DNA from: Eledone cirrhosa
Lineage: Eukaryota
Direction: 5' to 3'
Assembly (NCBI GenBank): GCA_964016885.1
Contig: OZ024741.1
Location: forward strand, 135,718,001-135,782,000
DNA: 64,000 bases
Each line of letters starts with the position of its first letter. Position 1 is the first letter of the stretch. The position numbers and the translations under genes were made by a program. Shown piece by piece: positions 1-15,307 of this stretch. Below the pieces are notes generated by a model. That model was not told where the DNA came from. It ran no database searches and saw only the letters and a list, made by a program, of their open reading frames with translations.

Positions 1-1712
1 GTGGGGCCCTGATCAACTTGGATCAGTCTAAGGCCTTCGATAGGGTCGACCATGGTTACTTGGATGCGGTGCTAGCGGCGGCTGGGTTCGGTCCTGTTTT
101 CAGAGGCTGGATCACTGCCTTACATAGCAACCACATCTGTTCTAGGATCAAGGTGAACGGCTACCTTTCGAAGCCGTTCGAAATCACACGATCCATTCGA
201 CAGGGGTGCCCTCTCTCCTCCCTTCTGTACGTATTGACTCTCGAGCCTTTACTGAGGAAGTTGGAGTCGTTGCAGGGTATCCCCCTGGAACCAGGATTGA
301 GCAAAGCGGTGTCGGCCTACGCCGATGACGTAACAGTAATGGTATCGACCGACTCGGAGACCGAGGCGATCGGTACCTCACTGGAGGAGTACGAAAGGTT
401 GTCAGGAGAGAAACTGAACCGGGAAAAATCCATCGGGCTGCAACTCGGAACGTGGAGAGGCAGACCGATGCCTCCTGACGGTGCCGTCGGACACTGGACG
501 GAGGGCCCGGTAAAGTTGCTTGGGGTCTGGTTTGGACCGGACCTCCAGGTGGAAAAGAACTGGAACGAGGTTACGAACAAGGTGTTTGCACTAACCCAGA
601 AATGGGCCAAGTGTAAGCTGTCCCTAAAAGGCCGGGCGGAGGTGGCGAACATTTACATAGCGTCCGTCACTTACTACCGCCTGACTGTCGTGCCTTGCCC
701 TAAGGAAACACTCACCACCATGGAACGCATGCTCTTCCAATTTCTTTGGAAGAAGCGCCCTCCTATGGTGAGAAGATCCATCTGCTGCCAACAACCTTCG
801 AAAGGAGGGCTGGGGATGCCGTGGTTGATGGTGCGTAGGCACGCATTAAGGCTAAGGCACCTACAGGTATTCCTCACTGGTCAACCGGTGTGGGCTCCGT
901 TCGTGAAACGAGCCTTTCCGAGACTCGTCTCGCTCACCGAGCTACAGTCCTGCGTCAAGCAAAGATCCGGAAAACTGGGAGACTGGCACACTGAGTGTGC
1001 TCAGGCGCTCAGGGCTCTCTGGCAAGCGGGCCGGGCCATCGGTGGAGAATCCACCTCATCATTCTATAGAGGGCTGGTGGCTAGCAGGGGCGATGACACC
1101 CTTGGAGAGTCGCTGGACATGGAAGAAGACGAACTGGCCAGCCTGTTCGGTAGGACTTTCGGCCCAGGACCAATGGACAACTTCCAGAAGTCACTGGCCT
1201 GGCAGTGCTACCGGGGGGCTCTACCCGTTCGAGAGAGGCTCTACAGACACGGGCGCCCGGGCAGGGATCCCTCAAAAAAGATTTTCCCTAGATGCGTGCG
1301 TCACGAAGAAACCGTTGCGCACTCATTGGTGCAATGTCCGGGCGTGGCTGATCTGTGGGGCTACGCCGAACGACTGCTGTCGCGGGTGGCGCCGATTAAA
1401 TTGACCGCCGAGTCAGTGATGACAATCAAACCGCCTCCCCTCTTCACAAAGGAAGCAAAGGCGGTATTTCTGTGCGTAATAGCCATGTTGAAAGAGGTTG
1501 TTTGGTGGACACGATTGAAAGGTCTGAGGTCAGGCAACTTCCTCTCTGGCCATAGTCTGGTCTACTTCTTCCGATATCACTTCGGAAGAAGGATAAGAAT
1601 GGAGAGAGAGGTGCTTGGCCACAGGCAGTTTTATGAAAGGTGGGTGATAGTGGCGAGAATGGCTCGTGTAAGTGGGCCTTCTCTGTATACCATCCTGTGG
1701 GTAAAGAAGTAA
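1..1712 (+). mobile_element. Non-LTR retrotransposon ORF2, 3' half (reverse transcriptase + C-terminal zinc-knuckle region), L1/Tx1-like clade; runs off the left edge
   Basis: Uninterrupted frame with LDQSKAFDRV, RQGCPLS, AYADD, KLLGVWF, GGLGMP and C-terminal xPRC...ET..H....C (first Cys replaced by F). A 3' UTR follows to ~1915, ending AAATAAAGAA then (TA)n. Confidence 0.93.
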
Positions 1713-1944
1713 AGGAGAGGGGAGCACCTTCTCCATGTGCTCCCCGGGCAAAGGATTGCACACTTTTTCGGGGGTGTGTGCAACCCCCATCACGTCCCCT
1801 CCCTTTTGAGGTTATTTTCGATTATTTTTATGTTACACCCTTTTTACTCGATTATATGTAAACTCCCCCTTTGTATTTGTCCCTTCTTTTTATGCCTTTA
1901 TGGTAAATAAAGAAATATATCTATCTATCATTACCCCCCCCCAC

Positions 1945-1975
<31 letters not shown>

Positions 1976-4324
1976 CAGTATATATATATGTATAAATGGA
2001 TTTGGTTGTGCTTTTTAATACATAAATATATATCAACACATACATACATACATCTCTATCTTCCTGAGGCAATGTCTAATGTACTATAAGCATGTCCCAT
2101 TTGCTTCAAAAAATGACTAGGAGCTAATGAAATTATTTCACCAGCTTAATGTTGAACCATTCGTATTCTCGCCTTGTCATGTCATCATTTACAACCCTCC
2201 CCTCCCTATAGATGCTCATAGTTTTACAAACACACACACAAGCACACCATGACAGACATGCACACTAAGAGAGACTGAGGATGGATGCGCGCGCGTACTC
2301 ACATACTTATATATTTATCCATCTTTTTAATGAGGGTACGGAGAACATTTTCCCATTTCATCACGTTCCTCAAGGCAGTTACTAATTATATAAGCTTTTC
2401 GAATATAAAACCGAAAGCAAAAATTTCCAAAATACTTGTAGGAGCATGTGTTTCTTTATTTATTCAGAACTCGGACGTCGTTTCGAACTTATACAAATTT
2501 ATATACACATTTATAAATAAATTAGGTCAGCTAGGTATCCGCTTGGGGTGCAGACTTCGGAGAGGCGCATAACTGAACCATCCCCAAATCAATGTTTCAT
2601 ATAAATTTGTATAATTAAATTAATATATAATACTTTCCTGCGATCAATAAATATATACCTAAACGTCTTTGTCTGGTCCCAGCGTTGTGGAAATATCCAA
2701 ACGACGGAGAAATTCCTATGGTGTTATGACCTGTTACGCGATTTGGAGAAGGTCACTGTTTAGTAGAAAATGTTGGCTTATAAATTTCCTTAGTGTCCAG
2801 AGCAAGATGAGCCAAAACTAGGTTTGTTAGCTTACTTAACTGTAAGTATAAATTAATCTATTTAGGAGAATGGGATGCATAACTGGCGCACGTTTTATAA
2901 CTAGACTGTTGTGCTAAATGCATCTTATAATTTTTCGTACATATAAATACTGTGCTTTGATGCTTAACATCGTATAATTATTCACCAAAAATTATATTTG
3001 TAAACGATTTATAAATTGAAATATTCATATCTTTACTAGTGCATAGATTGTTATGAACATTTTAATTTTCAATATACTACAGTCACGGGGCTTGCTAATG
3101 TGGTTGGTTAATTTAAATGCTTATAGCACCTTTATGAGGAGATAGATCAATGTGAAAATTTGCAGTAAACTAAATTATTTATGGGATGCATTCTTTAATA
3201 TCTGTGTGATGCAATCATAGAGCTGTGTTTACATTTCAAGAATGCCATGCTAATGCGGTTTTTAAGAGCAAATATGATGCAGTTATAGTGTTGTCTATAT
3301 TTCAAGAGGAGTTAGAATATATACTACTCATGCGAACGAAGTCTAGCAACAACAGTTTGTAGACCATAAACCAACAAAAGCAATCAGCCATGTCTATAAC
3401 GTTAGAAGTTCTATATTTGCTAATATTGACAGCAGATCCCCACTGGACATCTGTATCTCACATAACTGTTTTTTCTAATAGACTTCTGAAATAAGATACA
3501 AATAAAATTGAATCGAACCGACTATATTATAATCATGAGCAAATAAGTCTAACCACTACGCCGCGTGTTTTCGTTTCGTTTGTATTTCGAAAAGGGTTAA
3601 TCCTAGCTGTAAAGGCTGAAAATTCAGTTTATGTTTGTCAATGAAATCTACAAAATGGAAGTAATAAATAATAAATATATACTTAATGAAAATTTATATT
3701 AATATGATTGCGTATCATATATTGGAACTACTTCATATGGTATGAACAAAAATTAATTATCTATGAAATGCAAATTATTAGACCAACGGCAAAAAATGAT
3801 TGTAAGGAAAATAAAATTATTCTGTTTTTTTATTGATAGAGGTATCAATAAAAAAAACTCTCTTAAATACATATGAAATGTAATACGGACACACTACAAC
3901 TCGAACAGAAGATTAGAAAGCATGGGAAAAGTATCGCGTAGTTATTTGAAAGGTCACAGAGAGTGACAAATAAATGCAATGAATTAATTGATTAAACAAC
4001 CAGTTAATAAACTAGTTATGTATTTGATTATTAAAGGTGGCTGTTTCATTATTATACCTGTCAACTGACAACAAAGACCAACTAGACTTGAAAACCGGTT
4101 AAAGATGTTTAAATGTTTTACAATATACAGAGAAATACGTATATTTGGCATGTTTACATGTGTATATAACTTGATCACGCATATACACGCACAGACATAT
4201 ATTTATATATGTATACAAGCACATACATACATACGCACACACACACACATATATATATATTGGGAATAAAAAAACAATAAACACAAAGGTTTATTAGTTT
4301 CACGGTCTAGAGAGTGGGGTGGTG

Positions 4325-6485
<2,161 letters not shown>

Positions 6486-6654
6486 GGTGTTTACACAACT
6501 GTAACAACAGGTTCGGTGTTGCAATAATTGCCATAAGATAGAATTTCCAGCACAAATCATACAGCAAGTGGTGGGAATACTGCATCGTTGAAGTCAATAG
6601 GAAGTATAATGGGTCCAATGGACAGGGGAGCGGTGTAGGAGAGAAGGGCACTAA

Positions 6655-7140
6655 CCCACTACCACCACCAACATCTAAACCACCACCAGCAGCACTATCA
6701 CCAACAACAAACACCACCACCGCCACCACCACCACCACCACCAACAACAACAATACCGCCACATTCACCAACACCAACACCACAATCACCACCACCACCA
6801 CCACCACCACCACCAACCTCACCATCACCGCCGCCACCACCACCCAACCATCAGAACCACCATGAACATCTTCACCAGCACCACCGCGACAACCACCAGC
6901 ACCAACACCACTACCGCCATCAGCACCACTACCACCATCACCACAACCACCACCACCACCACCACCACCACCACCGCGACAACCACCAGCACCAACACCA
7001 CTACCGCCATCAGCACCACCACCACCACCACCACCACCACCACCACCACCACCACCACCACCACCACCACCACAACCACAATCACCACCACCACAATCAC
7101 CACCAACACCACCACCACAATCACCATTGCCACCGCCACC
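6655..7140 (+). repeat. (ACC)n trinucleotide low-complexity tract
   Basis: Degenerate ACC repeats with an internal ~50 bp duplication; gives the poly-T/poly-V pseudo-ORFs. Confidence 0.9.
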
Positions 7141-7272
7141 GAAAAAAAGTATAAACTCGCAAAAAAGATATAAATTTACAGCAACAGGAAAACTAAATCA
7201 AAAGGCGAACTCTTTCTTTCTCCGTCTTTCTCCTTTCTCCTCTCTCTCCCCTTCTCTCATATATATATGTGC

Positions 7273-7392
<120 letters not shown>

Positions 7393-7439
7393 ATACTTAG
7401 GGAGGGTCATGTTGCCAATAAGAAACAAATTCAGAAACG

Positions 7440-7505
<66 letters not shown>

Positions 7506-7812
7506 GATGTTTATAGATACACACACAGACACACATTCACACAAACAAACATATATGTTGGCAACCTGTCGAGTTGCCGTAAACTACATAAAATTAGAGA
7601 AATTGTATGGCGAAAATGATTGGTAGATAGTAGGGTGTATGTGTAAGTCTGTGTGCTGGAATTGAAAAAGAGAGGGACAAAATGAGAAAGGGGAGGTAAT
7701 GGACGTTCAAGAGAAAAGGGAGGGTAAACTGTCAATGATAAAATAATGAGTGCACTATTCAATAGGACCACGATCAGTACAAAAATCGTTAGATGAACAC
7801 ACACACACACAC

Positions 7813-7899
<87 letters not shown>

Positions 7900-8104
7900 G
7901 TACATATATATAATAATTACAACAGTGACGTAAAAAGGTACTTAAGAATTGTTGGTTTCTGGACCCCAACTCATTCAACCTGAAAATAAACTCATTTATT
8001 TAGAAAAATAAAATGTATACACACTTCAATAGCATTCTAATTAATATGTGTATACATTTTTGGGGACATTCTATATATATATATGTATGTATGTATATAT
8101 ATAT

Positions 8105-8439
8105 ATATGAAGAAATTTAGTCCTTCATCAGTGATCTTCCAACCTTCATTGGTATTTCCTCGCTTTAAATACCATATACCTCCGGTTGGTGCGAGCAACG
8201 GCTAAATAAAGTCGTTGGGACACGTAAATAAGGGGAACGAGTGAGACTGTAAACAATCAAAGATGGTAATGCAACGAATTTACGTGTGCCAACGACTTTC
8301 TTTAACCGTTGCTCGCACCAACCGGAGGTATATGGTCTTTAAAGCGATGAAATACCAATGAAGGTTGGAATATCACTGATGAAGGACTAAATTTCTTCAT
8401 ATGTAACCCATTTGCAACCACGCAGCACGCCATGTTTTC

Positions 8440-8445
<6 letters not shown>
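8105..8445 (+). mobile_element. Fold-back element in (TA)n: ~125 bp inverted arms (8105-8229 / 8277-8403) plus ~40 bp tail; probably Penelope-like pLTR derived
   Basis: Arms are reverse complements with a few mismatches and are flanked by (TA)n. CTGATGA is present but no complete hammerhead was found. Confidence 0.6.
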
Positions 8446-8487
<42 letters not shown>

Positions 8488-10220
8488 TATAGAAATAACA
8501 TGAATCAAAGTTCAGTTTAAATCATTTATATGCTAAAAATTGTTTCCTCCAAACCGAGGTTTGGATCCTTCGGAGCAATTATTTAGTGATCTTTTACATA
8601 CTTGACCTCCTTTTCAACACAAGTGACAATAGTGACACCCTCATAGTACCTTTTACCCTAGAGATATCCCCATGTACTTCTACTTTTGGTATATTGGCCT
8701 TAAATTACTTGGACTACATTGCACCAATATATAATTAATGTAAACTGTAAGCACTGAATTGGTTGTGCTAACATTGTCCTGTGCATGGAGTGCCACCATT
8801 GGATAAATAGAATATTAAGTAATTAATTTATGAAAAGAGCTATATAATCTATATTCTGAGTGCAATGAATTATGTACAGGTCATATATGAGTTATAGGTA
8901 TATGTATGGCTTGATGGCCAGATTAGTGTCTTTGTATGAGAAAATTGATCTCTGGACCACCCTGGTGATATTTAACTTTGCCATGCATTCAGACATACAA
9001 TAACCCAGAGCTTACCAGGAGTCATATATAGTAATAAGACCCTGCCAGGTTCTGCGTGTAGACTACACTTACAAAGATCATTGATTTGGAGGTCTGACTC
9101 TTCATGTGGAATGTTCGGTTGTGGCACTCCATGATAGAAGGTAATCATCCTAATATGAACACATTTAGTACTTCTTGATAGACTACACTGTAATTTATAG
9201 ATAAGATACTTAAATTTAGAAATTGTTTATAACCTTATATGATAGGGACTCATTTGAAACACCATTAATGTACTTTAGGATAATAAATTTAACTATGGAA
9301 ATCAGCTAGTTACCTCCCCTTACGCATTAACTCCCCTTAATCACACACACACTTCCGGAATATAATACGATGTCAACTCTCACAACAAAAACAACCTGCT
9401 CTATAGAATCGAATAGATAACGACAAACTATGATCTATAACATGGTTCACCAGGCACCCAATGTTGAATCATCGTGGATGGTGTGATGGACATGTAGTCT
9501 ATAAATTGCGTTTCCTGGATTGTGTGAGTGGTGGTGTGTGCGAGGACAGTGGTGCTGTTTTGCTTCTCATTTGTAATATTTTTGATATTTTTGATATTTT
9601 TGGTGTTTCTCTACACACGGGCTTCTATACCGTACAGGTGTGTGTGAAAAATGCTTTAACAGTACAGCCCCCATGATGCTATTGATTGCCTGCTTTGACT
9701 GCTTGTTTTACATGTAACAATCAGCCGCACTATAATCTTGTATAAATAGGACACGCGTGCATGCCACGCGTGAGACTGTTACATACACTGGCTACTCCAA
9801 ACTTTCCTCTTGCTTTATCTTCATAAACTGCCAATGTTTTATTTTTATTTTAATTTTTATTTTAACTTTAATTTATTCCTTTAATATGACTGTAATCTTT
9901 GTATGTAAATTGCCATGCTATATTATTATGATAGATGTCAACCCACTGTGGGTCAATATATACATATGTTTCTATATGTCTCTTGTGTTGAAAAGGAGGT
10001 CAAGTATGTAAAAAAATCACTAAATAATTGCTCCGATGAATCAAAACCTCGGTTTGGAGGAAACAATTGTAAGCAAATAAATGATTTAAACTGAACTTTG
10101 ATTCATGTAATTTCTATATAACTGCTCTGTAAAACAACTGATGTTGTTACATTGAGCTATTTATCTTACTGGTAATAAGATAGTAATGAATTACTGTCTT
10201 TCACTATTTAGGGTTTAAAA
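8488..10220 (+). mobile_element. Penelope-like element with inverted ~140 bp terminal repeats (8488-8628 / 9977-10119), ~1.35 kb interior and 3' tail
   Basis: Inverted arms contain a hammerhead motif; an unpaired tail follows the right arm; (TA)n on both sides. Interior ORF 9461 has a weak GIY-YIG-like 'HVVYKLRFLDC'. Confidence 0.65.
10028..10076 (+). ncRNA. Type I hammerhead ribozyme variant (core CCGAUGA)
   Basis: TTGCT-CCGATGA-[tcaaaacc tc ggtttgga]-g-GAAA-CAATTG-TA-AGCAA. Stem I is TTGCT/AGCAA; stem III is palindromic. In the mirror arm stem II is perfect (tccaaacc/ggtttgga). Confidence 0.6.
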
Positions 10221-10265
10221 TATATATAACTATAAAAGGTTTTAGTATATACATAAACATAAATA

Positions 10266-10299
<34 letters not shown>

Positions 10300-10304
<5 letters not shown>

Positions 10305-11712
10305 CAAAAATAGACATTCGTGTGATCAAGTATATTTTATTATACATATTTCAGAGGTACTGAGCTATCTTCAACAGTACGTGCTCATCAGATAAAATAA
10401 GATGATGCATGACATACCCTGACTTAGTAGATGGTTAAGGTTCAGTCATGGTAGTGAATAAATTTTGGCAAAATTCAATATTTTATACTTTAAGATTGAG
10501 ACATGAAAAAATTACATATAATACAGAGGGTGCGTGTGAGAAAGCTTAAAAAAATACATAATAGCAATTTACATAACTGTTAGAGATTCAAATAATTTAA
10601 ATTATTAAAGAAAGAAGAGAGAGAAACAGATGAGGAAAAAGATAGTTACTAGAAGTATAGAAATATCTTATGCACGAAAGCAAAAGAGAATTGATTAAGG
10701 ATAGAGAGACAGGGAAGAATAATGTTTATAGTATAAAGCATAGGGAGGGAGATTTGTATTGTCGTGGATAAATAGCGTATAATTAGATGATCCCAAAATA
10801 TATATATATATATAAATACATAAATACATAAATATACATTAGGCATAGCTTTGTGAAAGAATAATTTCGAATCTTTGAATTATCTAGAAATAATCAATCA
10901 ATCTAAATATATCTGGGTGTAATTATATGAGGGTTTAATTTCGAGTCCTTATGTTAATTAGAAATATACTATTAATCAATTATATATATCCAAACGTATC
11001 CGGATGACCGTTAAATTTCGAATCATTTATGTTAGTTCAGAATAGTGAATTAATCTAAAGGTAAAATATTTCGGGCTATACAAATTTATAAGTATTTATA
11101 TTAAAGCAAACTATCATATTTAATTTATAATATCATATTTAAGGTATTTGCAAATATGAGAAAGAAGAGATTTAATATTTTCTTCATCTCGAAGGTAATC
11201 CATATTAAATTATATTAAACATTTTTTTATATTAAAGAGATTTTATATTAAAAAATAATAATCATTATATAATTTAGAAAGTAATTACAATTATAACTTT
11301 AAAAATTAAAAATTAACAATGCCCTAAAGTATCCAAAGGCCTTATAATTATACTTAAAAAGGGTATTATTAAACTAGATATACACATTTGTCTAAATTTA
11401 TACAAAGAGTATATTGTTTAAAGTTTAAGACGATATTAGTCAGTTATATATAATATAATATAATATAATAAATAAGTTACTGTTAATATTGTTAAAATTA
11501 AGGTTTTACATCAATTATTATATTAGGATCATGTGATACATATATACTATAAATATACAAATCAAACTTCATGAATCATAAAAGATAAGAACCATATTCA
11601 AAATAAATAAATAAATGGTTTGCGATCCTATAAGTGCTGTGGAGTTCTTCCAACCTATTGTAAAACTCATTCTTTGGTTTATTCATTGAACCTTGTTTAA
11701 CCTTTAAATATA
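10300..11712 (-). mobile_element. AT-rich ~1.4 kb Penelope-like element with a hammerhead near one end, flanked by (TA)n
   Basis: Both termini (10300-10458 and 11660-11710) recur fused together at 15058-15256. Confidence 0.6.
10334..10398 (-). ncRNA. Type I hammerhead ribozyme
   Basis: Minus strand: ATTTTAT-CTGATGA-gcac gtactg...cagtac ctct-GAAA-TATGTA-TA-ATAAAAT; perfect 7 bp stem I. Confidence 0.7.
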
Positions 11713-11753
11713 TCAAACATATATTATATTTTATATATATATATGCATATATA

Positions 11754-11824
<71 letters not shown>

Positions 11825-11854
11825 TATATATATATAAAATATAATATATATATA

Positions 11855-12440
11855 TAGAAAGTACTGTTGTTTGATCATTTTTGTTAAGGGGTTTTCATAT
11901 TTTCTTATTGGTTCTTTATTTTTAGTTTGGAACTCTAGCTTTCCATAATCCACTAGTTTAGTAAAGTTTCGGATTCTTCACAACCTCATCGTCAGAATAA
12001 GAATCGATATACTACTTGAGTATTGGTAAGGTGCTTAGCAGTGTTTTAATGGACCATGTGTGTAGTAGAAAATTACGGATGCCAGATTACAATTTATTAA
12101 CGGTTAAAGCATGGCCGATATTATATTTAGTTACAGTATGCTAATTCTGTGTAATCAATTTTTATTTTTATTTTGATATTAGTAAAGCCTCGATAATTAT
12201 TCATCTTCTTTTGTGTGGAAGTCTATAAAATTGGTAGTGTTATCAACTAATGTACATCTATTTAATTTTGTTTTTCTATGTAGTGTTTCGTATTGTTTTA
12301 CGATGGCTCCTTGTTGTAAATATATAGTTAAGCGTCAGGAAAATTGTCGTGCTTGTGTGAATGATGTAACAATTTTAGTCAGGATGTTCATGAAATGTTT
12401 ACATTAATCACATGACCATGACACTTCCCCTTCGCTTTCT
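11855..12440 (-). pseudogene. Penelope-like element 3' end: decayed GIY-YIG endonuclease followed by a degenerate hammerhead
   Basis: With a frameshift and a stop, the minus strand reads HTSTTI/S*RLTIYLQQGAIVKQYETLH..KLNRCTLVDNTT...IIEALLISK, matching the PLE GIY-YIG C-terminal pattern. CTGACGA...GAAAC lies at ~11995-11965. Confidence 0.7.
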
Positions 12441-12569
12441 CATTGTTTAAAATCTATCTAATTGTCGTGTTTTATATTATAAATTAAATTTTGGATGGAA
12501 ATTTGATTTATTATATATGTGTTCATTTGAGATGTGTGTAAGGGTTTTTTTTTAGTTCGGATATTAAAT

Positions 12570-14995
12570 AAATCGAAATAGAGTGAAATGCCGTTATGTA
12601 AACTGTGTTGCCTGTTCAAGTCGTATATAAAGATGGCACTTGAACAAAGGCGGAAAAAATCCTTGATGGCCCTTACAAACAGACTATTCATGGAACAAAT
12701 GGTATTTAATCTAACACGAAGTGAGAATTTACTGAATCTCTGCTTCACAAATACCACGGAGCTCATCCACAATGTGAAAATGACGACAACGATTTTCTGA
12801 GAACCATAACTCATAAAGAATAGTCCGGGGAAGACTGTAGATATGCAACCAATAGGAAGCACTCGGTTTCTATCCAGCCTAAGCTTCCACAAAGCTAACA
12901 GAAAAAGGATTCAGGAGAGATCCTGATGCTAAACTGGACAGTGAGACTTTGTACAGTTACAGCAATTCATGAAAATATGTTTTTCAAGTTAATAAAACGA
13001 GCAGTATGTCGACAGACACAAACATATTATTCCCAGAGACGGAAAAATCCTTATGAGACGGAAAACGATGATCTCAAACCGGCTACATATGAAACTAAAA
13101 CCAAGAAGGAATGCCATTTGTAGAAGGAATTGTTTGAAACTTACATCAGACTCTCCCATGAAAAGGAGAGGGCGAAAACATAATAGAGGGCTATCGAAAA
13201 CATAAAAATGAACCCTAAGGTTTTCTTTAAATTTGTAAAAGAGACCACCTCAGTGCAGTATGGGATAAGGCCACTTTTTCATAGTGGCTCACTGACCACA
13301 GACCCCTCCACCTAAGGGTTAAGTGCGGTACTAAACGAACAATATAAAAGTGTTTTCACACTTCCAATGAGACACATGCAAATAAATAAACGAGATGACT
13401 TCTTTAACACCACTGCGTTACACAGAAATGGCAAACATCAGCAATATAGATATAAAGAAGAAAGATGTAATATCAGCCATAGATGACATGAGGTCAAATT
13501 CAACTGCTGGCCCTGATGGTTTCCAGCAATCCTACTAAAATGAAGCAAACGAACCTTAGGAAACCCACTGTAGATCCTCTTCCAAAGACCCCTTGCAAGT
13601 GGTAAACTACCCGTAAAGATAAAAGAAAGCATATGTTCTATCCATAAAGGAAGAAGCAGAGCAGATGCTAAACAGTACAGAACTGTCTCCATGAACTAAT
13701 CATTAGAAATAAACGAATCATGGAACGAATCATTAGAAGGAAACTGATCACTTTTCTAGAGCAAAATAGTCTTCTAACTGACACCCAGCATGGCCTTCGC
13801 CAGGGCAGAAGTTGCCTTACGCAGCTCTTGCAGTATTATGACTGTATACTCAAACAGCAGCTAGACCTTTCGAACGTGGATGGATATATCTCGACGAAGC
13901 CCTTCGACAAGGTTGATCATAGAATGATATGTCACAAACTACGTAGCTTTGGCATAGCTGGAAAACTAGGTGAATGTTTCATGACTTCTTATAAGACAGA
14001 AACCAGACTGTTGCAGCCAATGGGGCCCTCTAAAAGGAAACGTCAATAACAAGTGGAGTGCCCAAGGGAACCGTCGTGGGACTACTACTCTTTGTGGTGG
14101 CTCTCACAGCCATGTCCTCTGTAATTCCGACGGCCTTCATCACAAGGAATGCTGATGCCACGAAAGTAGCTCAGACAATCAACAAACCGGCTGAGGCTAT
14201 TTTCCCACAACCCGATTTAAATGCCATTTGGGCTGAGGACAACAATATGCAATTTAACGCCGGAAATGTTCAAGCCCTCCGCTATCAACCCACAAACACA
14301 GAACCACTATTACAAATATACACTGCACCAAAAGGAATAGAATTCCCTGAGTCGAAATCAGTACCGGACCTGGGCATTGACATGAGCAATGATGCCTCGT
14401 TTCATGCACACATCACTAAAATGACGGCAATGTACAGGCGTCTGACAGGTTGAATTGAGGACTTTCAGCATAAGAGACCGGGAAATCATCTTGATCATCT
14501 GGGGGATACTTGTCTTTGGCCGCCTCGACAATTGCTCTCAGCTGCGGTTGCTCCTCGGTGTCAAACTAACCACAGAACTTGATGCTATCTAACGAAGCTA
14601 CACAAAGAGGATTGCCTCAGTGAAAGAGTTGAGCTACTGGGCGAGGTTAAATGAAATACACTCTGGAGAAAAGACGGGAAACATACGCAGTGATATTCGT
14701 ATGGAAGATCCTGGAAGGGATAGCATCAAACTTCGGCATTGAGAGCCTGACCAGCCCAAGAGCAAGACGACACTCTGTAGTGCCAAAGGTGTCATCCCTC
14801 ACATCAAGAATAAGAACTATATTGCAAATGCCTGGGGGTCAAAGGCCCCCAGCTCTTTCGTGTGTATGTAGATGTTTTCAAGAGACATCTCGATATTCTA
14901 CTGGCTTAGATCCCGGATCATCCCACAACAGGAGGTGAAGCACAAATAAAAGCGGCAGCAGCAAACTCCCTTTTGCATCAATGTCCAACCAAGTA
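12570..14995 (+). pseudogene. Decayed CR1/Jockey-group LINE ORF2 (endonuclease end + reverse transcriptase)
   Basis: Fragments TRSENLLNLCFTN, AGPDGFPAILLK, QHGLRQGRSCLTQLL, KPFDKVDH, GVPKGTVVGLLLF, NADATK (from YADDTK), YTLEKRRETY; many stops and frameshifts. Confidence 0.88.
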
Positions 14996-15057
14996 AGGCT
15001 AGCTATAGGAATATATATATATATTTATTATATATATTATACATATATTAATTCAAA

Positions 15058-15250
15058 ATATTAACAAAATAGATATTATTGTCATCAATTATATTTTACT
15101 ATACATATTTCAGAGGTACTGAGTTAAGTTCAACAGTACGTCCTCATCAGATAAAATAAGATGACATACCCTGACATAGTAGATGGTTAAGATTCAGTCA
15201 TGGTAGTAAAACTTATTCTTTGATGTATTCATTGAACCTTGGTTAACTTT

Positions 15251-15256
<6 letters not shown>
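15058..15256 (-). mobile_element. ~200 bp internally deleted copy of the 10300-11712 element; retains the hammerhead at 15093-15157
   Basis: High similarity to both ends of the longer copy; stem I ATTTTAT/GTAAAAT, CTGATGA and GAAA intact. Confidence 0.75.

Positions 15257-15307
<51 letters not shown>

Noticed and set aside
8376-8400. CTGATGA as a hammerhead
   Set aside because: No downstream GAAA or stem III found.
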